A stretch of DNA of 64,000 bases. Source: Mobula hypostoma. Its lineage: Eukaryota. The translations under genes were made by a program, and so were the position numbers. Of the stretch, positions 24,258-36,941 are shown piece by piece. Where the stretch lies: contig NC_086097.1 of NCBI RefSeq assembly GCF_963921235.1, forward strand, positions 133,922,001 through 133,986,000, read 5' to 3'. Each line of letters starts with the position of its first letter. The first letter of the stretch is position 1. A model generated the notes under the pieces. That model saw only the letters and a list, made by a program, of their open reading frames with translations. It had not been told where the DNA came from and did not search any database.

Positions 24258-24585
24258 CCAACAATAAATATCGAGAACATGAGATGAAAAGTCCTTGAAA
24301 GTGAGCCCATACATTGCAGGCATAGTTCAGTGCTGAGGTGAGTGAAGCTGAGTGAAATTATCCCCTCTTGTTTAAACGTCGAATAGCTGAGGGGTACCAA
24401 CTGTTCCCTGAACCTGGTAGTGTAGGTCTTGAGGCTCCAGCCCCTCCTTCCTGAGGCAGCAGTGAGAGCAGGGTATGGCCTGGATAGTGGGGGTCCTTGA
24501 TGATGGATGCTGTGCTCCTGCAACAGCATTTCAGGTAGATGTGCTCAGTGGTGAGGAGGGCCTTACCCATTGATGGACTGGACTG
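24258..24585 (-). mobile_element. Rex1-type 3' fragment whose tail continues at ~23350-23455, i.e. split by the R4/Dong fragment
   Basis: Minus ORF: ASIIKDPHYPGHTLLSLLP..GR..SLKTYTTRFR; the 23350-23455 tail resembles the Rex1-type tail at 41940-42015. Confidence 0.7.
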
Positions 24586-24780
24586 AACGCAGAATATCAT
24601 GTTACAATTACAGAGAAGGTGCAGCGCTGGCATGCAAATAAGTTGTAAGAGCCATAATGAGGTAGACTGGGAAATCAAGACGATCAACTCATAAAAAGCC
24701 CTGTAAAAAATGAGAAACAAAACCCATAACACTGAAAATGCAAACAACTTTTTAACAAAGGGAGCCCTATTACTCTTATA

Positions 24781-25020
24781 CAACACATATCAAAGTTGCT
24801 GGTGAACGCAGCAGGCCAGGCAGCATCTCTAGGAGGAGGTACAGTTGATGTTTCGGGCCGAGACCCTTTGTCAGGACTAACGAGACCCTTAGTCCAGACG
24901 AAGGGTCTCGGCCCAAAACGTCAACTGTACCACATCCTAGAGATGCTGCCTGGCCTGCTGCGTTCACCAGCTACTTTGATGTGTGTTGCTTGAATTTCCA
25001 GCATCTGCAGAATTCCTTGT
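24781..25020. repeat. 100-bp inverted repeat of Penelope terminal sequence, each arm with a hammerhead motif
   Basis: 24781-24880 vs 24889-24988: 8 mismatches in 100 nt by manual alignment, with an 8-nt spacer CGAGACCC. Confidence 0.92.
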
Positions 25021-28000
25021 GTTTACCTATTATACTTATTGTAGGTGGACCAACGGCCCTACTTAGCAGGAACCCAGCTGTAAATAACCATACTAGGAGA
25101 GGGAGATCAGGTTTAAGTGTGCAGAAAGGATCATCTGTGAGTGTGGCAGCTGCTGAAGCCTTTAATTCACTGTGTAGCAATTCACTGTGATCTCCCTTAA
25201 AAGCCCTTGTTACGCAGTTAGCTCAGAGTTGGGGTGCTGACAATATAACCACTGCTTCTTGTCACAGCCTCTGTGCAAATATACAAAATATGACCGGCAA
25301 CAGCAAAGATTTATGGGCAACTTTGGAAAATAAAAATCACCATTGATTAAAAGCTGTAGATAGACCACGCAAGAACTACCCCAAGAACATCATTTACTTT
25401 GCATTCTGACATGCTGATTGATAACTCATAAATGCAAGCGAGAATGACAAATGCAGATGGAAACAGCCTCTGACAAAAACGATGACAGTATCAGTCTCAT
25501 GGGGCAATGGATGTATAAGCATGATCTGTTTAAAATATTTAATCATTTTATGAAGGCTACAAGATGTTGTTTGACCCTGAAGGAGTGTGAATGTCACATA
25601 GATCAGAAATTGCTTGTGAATTTGAAGCTTAATAATGATTTGGATGTTATTATAGATATTCCATAAAAGGCTATCAACTAGGTATATAGTTCCACGTAAG
25701 AAATCATAATGCACCACAGTCTAAAGATTACAAGCATTATATTTGATGAAACTACCATTTCAGGATTTACTATTTGAGGTCAAGGTTTGTAAATCCAAAG
25801 TAGTTTTTGATGTCTTTACTTCAGTGCTGCATCTTAATCTTTAGTTTTTGCTTACACCGTTACTGCTTTCTTCATATTAAAATTCAATACTGTGTGTTAG
25901 GAGAGCCTTATGGCCCAGGGTGATGGATGTCAAATTGGGAGCCTCAATCCTTGTGTGAGTTGTGGGATCTTAAAAATGTGATGCAACCTTTGATCCTTTA
26001 GAAAAATGTCAATCCATGGACCGCAGAATGTAATATTACATGTCACATGGGTGAACCAGTGGGTCATCAGGAGAGAAGACAGCAAACCACAAGTGCAGAG
26101 GACTGCATGCCCCATGCCATTCTCAACCGTAGAGGAAGACGTACGTTCCTGTAGCACCTCCTGCAGCTTCAAGATCACTCAAGCGCCTTACAGACAAAGA
26201 AGCATTTTTAATGCTGGGTCGCTTTTGTAACATTGGGAACATGGTAACACAGTAAGATCCTAAAAACAGCGATGAGACGTGATGCTGGGGCTTAGAAGAA
26301 AATACTGAGCTCATGACACGGGGAGAGATTCACTAATCCATTAAGTTATACAGGCCCCATAAAGAAACAGGTCCTTTGTCCTAAATCGTCCATGTTGACC
26401 AGGTTACCTCTCTTAAGTGAAGCCAAATTGGCTCATGTCCCTCTAAGCATTTCCTATCTATGCACTTGTCCAAATCTTTTAAATGTTGTAATTGCACCCA
26501 CCTCTTCCACCTCCCCTGGAAGCTCGTTTTATCTACCTACCAACTTCTGTGTGGAAATCTTCCCCTCTCATCATAAACCTGTGCCCTCTAGTTTTAAACT
26601 CCCAAACCTGGGATGAAGACTGTGATAATTTACCTTCTCATCATTTATAGCACGATAAGATGGGCTCTTGACCTTACAATCTACCTTGTTATGCTCTTGC
26701 ACCTCATTGTTGATCTGCACTGCACTTCCTCTGTAGCTGTTACACTTTATTCTGTATTATTATTGGTTTACCTTGTGGGGGTTTGAAACTCACTGCCTGG
26801 AAGGATAGCAGAGACAAAAACACTTCAAGCGTTCCAGGGTTGAGTCACCTCCTTTGAACTCTTCTACGATTCTATTATTTCTCATTAAAAGTTTAGCCAA
26901 AGAAGTTTGTTTTAATAAGTGTCTTAAAGGATGACAGAGAGTGGAAGAGAGATGGAGAAGCCTGGGGTGCATATTCCAGATCTTGGGGCCCAGGCAGCTG
27001 AAGAATGGACAACCTTGGTAGACCAATAAAGTTCAGAATCTTCAGGAATTAGAAATGAACATGAAGACGCTTCCAAAAGCAGTTCTTGGGAGGGAAATCT
27101 GATTTTTATGAATTGATTTTTTGTTTGAAAAACTCTACTGTTGCACCACTATACTGTGAAATTTCAGCCTTCACGACTGTCTTTTAATTTAGATTTATTG
27201 CTGAACAAATTATATCTGGGCAATCATTGATTTTCTAAGATAGATACCTAGACACTGAAACGGTCTGGCCAGAGCACCGACAGTTTTAGGGCACCAATCC
27301 TCAAAATTACAGTCAAAATGTCATCATTTTCTGTGGCATCTGTGCTCTCAGCCATTCATGAGTTAATTCAATTGGATGAAGCTGTGTTCTTTGGTAAAGA
27401 TCCAACATGACCATGAAGGGTGATAGGTAAATTCATCTATCTTTTCTTATCAAACATACAGTGTCTAGAATTAGATTGTGCCCTAACTGAGGCCTAGTTA
27501 TATGTAAGGCATAAGTTGCTTTGTTTTAAATCCTGAGTGCTATAAAATCAAAGATCCAGGGTGCTTTCTTTTAGCAAGAGGGAAAAGAGAATAAAATGTT
27601 ATTTTGACAGGTTATGATGAAATAAATAGAGTGGGAGGCACTTGTGGACCATTAATATCAGTTTGTTGGAGCAAATAACCTACTCCAGTACAGTAAATTC
27701 TATATAATGCAATTCTTTTGCAAACTGGGAAGAAAATATTCACTGGATCAAATTCTCTAGAGGATTAGATTACAGAAAGAACTTCTCTTCACAATTCACA
27801 GCTCCACAGCAAAATCCTCCTGCAACTTTTCATAAAGCACTTATGACAAGCAAGTTTGCAGCTGAGACCATTCAGCCCTTATGCCAAGACTATCTTTCAC
27901 TGAAACAACCCAAAGCTGATCACACTGCCTTGAAATTTAAGGTCATGAGTTAGTTACCTGATTCCTACACAATGGCAATTTACAATGCTTACTTGAAAAA

Positions 28001-28257
28001 AATATTTAATAGAAAACTTTACACAAATGGGATATCTCATGGAAAACTCTTATATACACAGTAGTGTCACTAGATGCTGCATCCTTATCAATATTGTTTA
28101 TACAAGTTATTAATAACAGAATGAAATGTGTTCGTATAAGTGCTATTAGAAAGAGAAATGCCCTGCATCTGTGGAAAAGTAAAACTGACTTTCAAGGCAC
28201 GATAACAATAGAAAGCTATTCACCCAAGTTATTAGCTGTTTTCCTCTCCGCAGATAC

Positions 28258-28620
28258 TCTTAGTTCATGATGTGCTGTGTCATATGACATGAACGATCAT
28301 GGTCTTTCCATGACCATGATGGTTCTTGGCAAATTTTTCTACAGAAGTGCTTTGCCATTGCCTTCTTTTGGGCAGTGTCATTACAAGCTGGGTGACCACA
28401 CCCCACCCCCCAGCCATTATCAATACTCTTCAGACATTGTCTGCCTGGTGTCAGTGGTCGCATAACCAGTTCTTGTGAAATGCACCAGCTGCTCATGTGA
28501 CTACCTGCTCCCGTGGCTTCACATGACCCTGATTGGGGGGCTAAACAGGTGGTATAACTTTCCCATGGGTGACCTGCAGGCTAATGGAGGGAAGGAGCAC
28601 CTCACACCTCTTTTGGTATC
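28258..28620 (-). mobile_element. RTE-related SINE-like repeat
   Basis: Minus strand carries GAAGGCAATGGCAAAGCACTTC, similar to the RTE/Bov-type motif, plus a terminal hairpin ATCATGGTC-tttccat-GACCATGAT. Confidence 0.45.
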
Positions 28621-30987
28621 CCCAACCACCCACCCCCCCCCCACTCCACCCCACCACAGATACCAAGCACTTTAGAAACCTTTTTTTCTTTTTGTTTCAG
28701 TGTTATGGCATCTGCAGTATTTTGATTTTATATTCTACAAGGGGCAGTGGACCTTGTTGGATGTAACCTTAAAACATTCAATACCCAGCTTCTGCATCCG
28801 CACCTTTAGTACTACAAAATAAATGAATGTCAAGACCGGAAGTGAAATTTGCAAAAATATACTCCAGCTATATTCATTCTTGAAAAAGTGTTTACAAAGT
28901 AATGCAAAGGGGTACATTTGTAAAGCAAAAAGTAATTGGGCAATGGTTAAGTTACTGTTTCAAATCTCACTAAGGCAGTTGGGGAACTGAAAACAATTTC
29001 TTCAGCCACTTGATAGTAAAAGCCTATCTAGTTACCCTTCAGTGGAGCAAACTTGTCATTGTTAGAGGCTTCAGACTCACAAATGTGGTTAACTCTCGAA
29101 ATGCTCTCTGAAATGTCCAGTTTGAGCAAAATGGGCTGATTTCCCTCCAATGATTATGTCAAGAACACCAGAACAGTAGAACATAGTACCAGGAACACAC
29201 CCCCAGGCCCTTCAGGCCTACTTGATCATTCAATATGATCATGTCTCATCTGTACTGGCATCAGCTCCTTCTGTGCTAGTTCCCCACAAATCTCAATTCC
29301 TCAATCTATTATTTCTCTATCAAATGTTTCTCCGTCTCCACCTTAACTATATCTAGTGATTTAACCTTCACTACCCGCAGGACAGAGAATTCCAGATTTA
29401 CTACCCAGTTAGTAACACATCCCAGCTGCAGTGGAGGTATCTCCTGGAGTTGGAAGACTATCCATGTGTATGGGTGGATGGTAGGGTGGGGGAGGAACAG
29501 GGTTAATTTTGCTGTTGCTGTTTTGTTGCTTGCTGTGCTCAGTGTTGTTCTACCGAACATTGTGCGCATGCTATGTTGGCGCCGGAATGTATGGCATCAC
29601 TTACGGGATGCTCCCAGTGCATCCTTTCATTTGTTAAACAATACATTTAACAGTATGTTTCCATGGATATGTGATAATTAAATCGGAATCGGAATCTCCA
29701 GCCAGAAGACGGCTGGGATGCAACAAAGAGGAAATCCCATAAAGACAAGGAAGAAAGGTAACGGAATGTATTTTGATTAGGGGAAATAAAGTGGGAAGAA
29801 TATCTATCAGCAGCGTCGAATGTCCTGCCATAAACTCTACTCAACTGAAGTCTTGTTAATAACTCAAATAACTGTTTGACAAAACAACATGCACTCAGAG
29901 GGATAATTTCCCCTCTGGAAAACTCCAAGAGCAAATGTTGGGCATTTTAACCTGGAGCGATGACTTGCCTGTAGATCACTTTTAGCTCATAACAGAGCCA
30001 TTAGATGGTAGATATGCTCCACACTTAGTGGCTTCCAATGTTTGTGGTCTCTGATTCATCCTTAATGAGCTCTCTCTCTATGGCTTTATTCTTCTTCATG
30101 CACCTCCTGCTGTGAAATGTCTTCTTCTGCCTTTGCTCTTGTTAATGATTCTGCAATCATTTTAGACCTTTTCCTTCTGCGTCACATAATTCTGCCACAG
30201 AATCACTGAATGGTGCATGGCTCGCAGTTGGAAATATAACCTTTAATACGTTCATTTCCATAGCTCAAAACAATTTAACCTCTACTGCAGTTTTATGATT
30301 GCTAAATGTTTCAATCAAATGTCTGGTTCATTTATGTCCCAGAGAGATTAGCCATCAGAACCTTTAAATCGAATTATGTCCTCAACAGGAACCATTCAAC
30401 CTGTTTCTCGGTGTTTTATATTTGCAGAACTTGAGTAGATACTAGGAAGTGCAACTAATCAACCCACAACGAGAATTTATATCAACTCATTGTCCTATTC
30501 AAAGCCCCGGGGTTGGAATACTGGACACATTTCCATGCATCTCACTGCCACTGTCACCACCGGGTCCAGGAATAATTACTGTCCTACAACATCAGATTCC
30601 TGTACCAAACTGCACAACCCTCATCCTACCTCAGCAATGGAACACTATGGATATCTTGCACTGCCATGGATATGCCTGTTTTTTTCACACTACTCTTCTA
30701 TTTCTGCATGTGTATCTTTCTTCCTTGTCTTGTATAATTTATGAATATATTCTCTGTGTTGTCTACACCTACATGCTTGTCATGCTGCTGCAAGCAATTT
30801 TTTTGTTATTCTACCTGTACCTTACTGTATTTGTGCACATGACAATAAACTTGACTTGCCTGGAAACATTCAGCCATATACACAAATACAAATCTGGAAT
30901 GTTACTCATATTGATCCTGAAACTATTCGGCTGTTGTCCTTAATAGAAAGTGATCTGTCATCCTTTGCCAGTTTCATAGATTACCAT

Positions 30988-32115
30988 TCTGATCAGAACA
31001 GAGTGGTAATCTATGCATCGAGCCAAAAGAGATGGGGGAGATCTTAAATGGAGTTTTTTGCATCTATATTTACTCAGAACATAGAAGTAAGGCAAAGCAG
31101 AAGTGAGGCCATGACCCTATACAGCATTTAGAGGAGGAGGTATTTACTGTCTTGAGGCAAATCAGGGTAGACAAATCCTCAGGTCCTGACAAGGTGTTCC
31201 CTCAGACCATGTGGGAGGCAAGTGCAGAAATTGCAGTGGCCCTGCAGGGACATTTAAATCATCCTTAGCGACAGGTGATTGGAGGATAGCAAATGTTGTT
31301 CCACTGTTTCAGAAAGGCTCTAAGAATAAACCAGGAAATTGCATGCTTGGTGACCCTGACGTCAGTAGTGGGAATGTTATTGGAAGGTATTCTAAGAGAC
31401 CGGATATATGAGTATTTGGATAGACAAGGATTGATTGGGGATAATCAGCATGGCTGTGTGCATGGTTGAGCATGTCTAACCATTCTTATTAAGTTTCTGA
31501 GGCTGTTACCAGGAAATTTGATGGAATCAAGGCAGTGGATGTTGTTTTCATGGACTTCATCAAGGCATTTGACAAGTTCCTGCATGAGAGGTTGCTCAAG
31601 AAGTTTCAGTCACTCGGCATTCAGGATGAAGTAGTAAAATGGATTAGACATTGGCTTTGCAGAAGAAGCCAGAGAGTGGAAGTAGATGGTTGCCTCTCTG
31701 ACTGGAGGCCTGTAACTCGGTGCTGGGTCTGTTGTTGTTTGCCATCTATTTGAACGATCTGGATGATATCATGATTAACTGTATCAACAAATTTGTGAAT
31801 AACACCAAGACTGGGGGTGTAGAGGACAGACAGGAAGACTATCAAAGCTGGACCAGCTGGAAAAATGGACTGAAAAATGACAGATGGAATTTAATGTAGA
31901 CATGTGTGAGGTGCTGCACTTTGGGAGGACCAATCAGAGTAGGTCTTACACAATAAGCAGTAGGGCACTGAGGAGTGCTGTAAAACCAATGGATCTGCAA
32001 ATATAGGTCCATAATCAATTGAAAGTGGCTTTATGGCTAGATAGGGTCTTTAAGATGGCTTTTGGCATATTGGCCTTCATAGATCAGAGTACTGAGTACA
32101 GGAGTTGGGATGTTT
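30988..32115 (+). mobile_element. Older degraded CR1 ORF2 fragment related to the 19661-23198 element
   Basis: Colinear with ~21435-22610 (e.g. DWRIANVVPLFQKGSK, VDVVFMDFIKAFDK), with many indels. Confidence 0.88.
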
Positions 32116-35100
32116 GTAAAACAGTTCCAATTGTTAAAGGAGTAGGGTAAGGCTTGGGTTTCCTCTTGTGCTCTGGTTTTCTTGGGCATTCCAAAGATGT
32201 ATGGGTTAGTAGGTTAGTTTGGATGTAATGGGCTGTGTGGACTCATTAAACCAGAAGGACCTGTTACCTTGCTGGATCTTTAAAAATAAAGGCCATTTGA
32301 CCTCCAAACCTGCTTTCCCATTTACCAAGATTGTAGCTGATATTCTAATCCCAGCACCATCTTCCTGCCCTATTCTCATACGGATTCATAGAATTATACA
32401 GTATAGAACAGGGCATTCCACCCAAATCATCAGATTAACCCCCATCACCCAGCATTTGTCCACAACCCTTTGTGCCTAGACAATTTCTTAAATGTTGTCA
32501 ATGACTACTTCCACCTCACTCTCAGGCAGTGTGTTGCAGTACTCAACACTCTCTAGGTGAAGAAGATCTCCTTCATGTCCATTTTAAAACTTTTTTCTCT
32601 TACCCTAAACCTATTACCTCTGGTTTTATCTAGGTTTAGGGGAATATTCGTCTAACACAGGCAAAAGGGACTAGCCTAGATAGGGACTTTGGTTGACATG
32701 GACAAGTTGGGCTGAAAGGTCTGTTGCCATGCTGTATGACCTCTGACCTGGGTAGGTTTCTTCCATATCTCTTGCTTCTATTGATATCCAGATATCTTTT
32801 AATCTTTGCTTTGAATGAACCCAGTGACTGAACCACCACAGCTCTTCAGCACAGAGAATTTTCAGAAGTCATCATCATTTGTGTGAGGAAATTTCCCCTC
32901 ATCTCAGTCCTAAATGGCCACACACTTTTTTGAGACTCTAAAGCCAAGGTTAAACTTCAGCATGCGAAAAGGTTGAAAATTTCAATGAGCTGTAGTTCAT
33001 GTTCTGCAGCAAGAACATGAGAAGCAAACCGCCATGAAGCAGAATCATAGAATGGTCAAAGACAGAAGAAGACCATTCAACCCATCTTGCTTGTGTGGGC
33101 TCTCTACAGAGCTGGGGAGCCCATCCTCTGCAGTCAGCATTGTAACAAATGAATCTGACAGCTAGGAAGATGAAGCACATTTCCTACCCTTCCTCATCTC
33201 CAAGAGCCAGACAGGTCCCACACAACTGAATTTCTGGTACTGAATATGAGGTTCTATTGAGGATAGATCACTATTGTTAAAAAGGCTAACACTGTCATAT
33301 TTCATTTTAAACTTGGTCTTGATGGTGTCAGCTACAAAACTACTTAATAATATCAGCCATCACCAACTTGTGGATATCCATGTTTACAAATCACACACAA
33401 AGGTCTCTATTCAAATTGATTGTCTGTAGGCAATTGATGATTTGGAGATTGGGCAAAACTTTATAGCAAGTGTAGACTAGTTAAGCACCACAAATTACAG
33501 TAAACAGACCTCATGGTCAAAACCACAGCAACAACTCCTGGTAACAGCAGGATTATTTCTCCTGAAAAAAGAATGCAGTGAGTGGGGGGGTTATCTTACA
33601 GAGGTGTACGAAATTATAAGGGGAATAGACAAGGAGAACGAGCACAGTCTGGTGCCCAGGGTTGGGTAATCAAGAACTAAAGGACATGGGTTTAAGGTGA
33701 GAGGAGAGGGATTTGATTGCAGCCTGAGGGTGGTCCATATAAGGAATAAGCTGCCAGAGGAACTGACTAAGGCAAGTACATCAATAATATTAAAAATGTA
33801 CTTCAACAGATACTCAGATAAAAAGGATTATTATGGGGATATGGGCCAAACACAACCAAATAAGACTTGCTTAGACGGGAATGGACTAGTTGGGCTAAAA
33901 GGGCCTATTTACATGCTGTATGACTTTACCACTCTGTAACCGTATGGTGGCTCACCACTGCCTTCTCAAGGATAGTGAGAGATGAGCAATAAATTTTGAC
34001 CTTATCCCAAAAGCCGAATTTTAAAAAGGGTCTGTGATGAATAGAACATTTCTGAATAAAATGTGCTAATTTTAAGCAAATATTCCCAAATTAAAGGAAT
34101 TATTTTCTCTTTTGATGATCCAAGTATATTATTCTCAATGGAACCACCTTCTCACATTAGCTGCAGGTCCAGGCTGCAAAATGCATGATCTGCTAGGATC
34201 GACAATTTTCCTTTGTGCATCTGGTAAAACAAAAGCAATATCGGCTTCTTTCACTTTCCAGAAACCCTAAATTCTACCCAGGCTTTGGAAAATAAATCAG
34301 AAGACAATTGCTGACTGATTTGTTATGGAAATAACGGCCAATAAATTTAGAGAGCTCTGGTCTTTTTATAGCTTTCACACATAAATAAACCCCCATCAGT
34401 ACGTGGCACTGAAATTTAAGGCGTATGTTGAGTGCAGAAAATTAAACTTTCGCTTTCAGTTTTTAAAAGTGAAGGGGAAAAAAATCACAGGGATGTGCCA
34501 GGTGATAAATTCTCATGCAAAGAATCCATGGGGATTGTGGAACTTCGCCTTGAAATTTGTGCTCCTCATGTTCTAGCCTTTAGATTAAAACTGAGCAGTG
34601 ATGTGTTGCAGGTCAGAAGAATGGGGAGAATTCATTATAAAAAACAGTCAAAGAACAAAGGGATTGGTCAGGAAGGGAAAAAATAGATTATTAAATAAAA
34701 TGCCTAGAAAGCGTGGACTGGAGAGGTTGCTTCAATTAAAAGGAGCTTCTAGGATCTGAAGGCAACAGTTTCAGATTAAAAGGATCATCCCTCTACTACT
34801 GAAATGATGAAGAACTTCTTCAGCCAGAAGGTGCTGAATCTATGGAATTAACTGCTGTAGATCACTGTGGAGGCCAGGCTAGTTAAAGTAGTAATTGACA
34901 AGTTCATGTTTGGGAAGTGGGGGTAAAAGTAATGGGGAGAAGACAGGAGAATGGAGTTGAAAAATAATCAGCCATAGGTGAACGGGGAAGCAGACTCAAT
35001 GGGCCAGATGGACTAATTCTGCACTTATATCATATGGCCTTTTGGTCTAAGAGTTTCTTGTGACTTTTCAAAAAATATGTGCTAACGAGGAGAACTCCAG

Positions 35101-35379
35101 TCCTAGAGAAAGTGAAGCTGGGAAAATAATTATATGGAAAATTAAATGAATTAAGCAGATATTATGCCTTTTTCTTCATTATGGAGGATACAAGTTATAT
35201 TCCAAAAACAGATGTAAATCAGAAATTGGAAGGGAGGAACTCAGGAAAGTCAGAATGAAAAATCTCTTGGAATTCTGAGTTTACAAGTTCCTGGGTCCTG
35301 ATAGATTTCATTCAGTGGTTCATTCTTTGGTTTTGATTTTTCAAAATTCCTCAAATTTGGGAAGGTTCGATTACATTTG

Positions 35380-35970
35380 AATTCAAGAGCCATGAGGTAG
35401 TGTTACAGCTATATAAGACCTTGGTCAGACCCCAATTGGACTATTGTGTTCAGTCCTGGTCACCTCATTACAGGAAGGATGTAGATACTCTAGAAAGACT
35501 GCAGAGATTTACAAAGATGTTGTCTGGATTGGAGAGCATGCCTTATGAGAATAGGTTGAGTGAACTTGGCTTTTTCTCCTTGGAGCGACATAGGATGAGA
35601 GGTGACGTGATAGAGGTGTATAAGATGATGAGAGGCATTGAACATGTGGAAAGCCAAAGGCTTTTTCCCAGGGCTGAAGTGGCTAATATGAGGGGATGTA
35701 GTTTTAAGGTGCTCGGAAATAGGTACAGAGGGGATGTCGGGGTAAGCTTTTCACGCAGAGAGTGGTGTGTGTGGAATGCACTGCTGGCGACGGTGGTGGA
35801 GGCGGATACAGTAGGGTCTTTTACAAGACTCTTAGATAGGTACGTGGAGCTTAAAAAATAGAGGGCTAAGCGTTAGGGTAATTCTAGGAAGATTGTAGAC
35901 TAGGTTACATGGTCGGCACAACATTGTAGGCCAAAGGGCCTGGAATGTGCTGTAGATTTCTATGTTCTAG
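35380..35970 (+). mobile_element. CR1 3'-end fragment
   Basis: ORF LQLYKTLVRPQLDYCVQSWSPHYRKD...RMRGDVIEVYKMMRG; ends tgtgctgtagatttctatgttcta. Confidence 0.9.
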
Positions 35971-36820
35971 TTTGGAAAATAAAAAACTAATTAGCCATGA
36001 GTTTATTGAATGGCAGAGTAAGTATGAAAGTCTGATTTATTTATCCCTTTCAATATCTTGTCATTATTCCACAACCCATCACAGCAGTTAGCCAGAAACC
36101 ACCTCTAGCCAGCCATTAGACCTAAGAAGGTTAGGTAGTAATACAAGACAGAAGGAAGGAGAGACCTGTATTTATGCAGTGCTCTGCAATGTACTTCACG
36201 CCTTATAAGATAGTGGAGAAAATGCGGTATTACGTTGTGCACAGCAAGCTCCCACAAAAAGAAATATACTGTAAGTAGGGAACCTCTTCTAATGATTTAG
36301 CTGAGGGGTTACAGGATACTTTAGGAGAACAGCTACTCTTCAGAAAATAAATAAAGCTGCAGGTGGTGGAAATCTGAAATAAATTTTGGAAAGGCTCTGC
36401 AGGTCAGGAAGCCTCTTTGAAGAAATAAATTAGGCTAATATGTTGGGTCATTGTGGCTTTATATTTCAGGTCAAGGCTAATATTTCAGGTCATTGTTAGA
36501 AATCAAACATGTCTGACGTTACAGAGAAGGGGAGAGAGTGGAGAGAACAAAGGGAACATTTGTGATCTTGGTGGAGTCTGAAAGAGACTGAAAGACACAA
36601 GGAGCAGAGGTGTTGGCTGATAGGGGTGGGGAGGTCTCGTTCATTGCCTAGAGGAAAAAAAATAAGTGCTCACAAAGAGAACATTACTCCTATAGAAAGT
36701 GAATTAGGGGAAATAATTATATAGAAAATAAGATGAATTAAGCAAATATTTTGCCTCTGTCTTTATTATGGAGGATACAAGCTTTATTGCAGATATAGCT
36801 CTAAATCAGCAATTTGAAGG

Positions 36821-36941
36821 TTTCAGCCCAAAATGTCGACTGTGCTTTTATCCATAGATGCTGCCTGGCCTGCTGAGTTCCTCCAGTGTTTTGTGTGTGT
36901 CACTCGGATTTCCAGTATCTGCAGATTTTCTCTTGTTTGTG
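36821..36941 (+). mobile_element. Short 5'-truncated Penelope-derived insertion with a 9-bp target-site duplication
   Basis: ATTTGAAGG at 36812-36820 and 36942-36950; the insert begins inside hammerhead stem II (..cagcccaaaatgtcgactg). Confidence 0.82.

Noticed and set aside
24781..24988. Possible miRNA precursor or CRISPR-like repeat
   Set aside because: The arms belong to a dispersed Penelope-derived repeat; there is no repeat-spacer array, and the sequence is eukaryotic.
25930..26314. Short ORFs in a non-repeat segment (LQEVLQERTSSSTVENG)
   Set aside because: Weak acceptor and no recognisable protein similarity.
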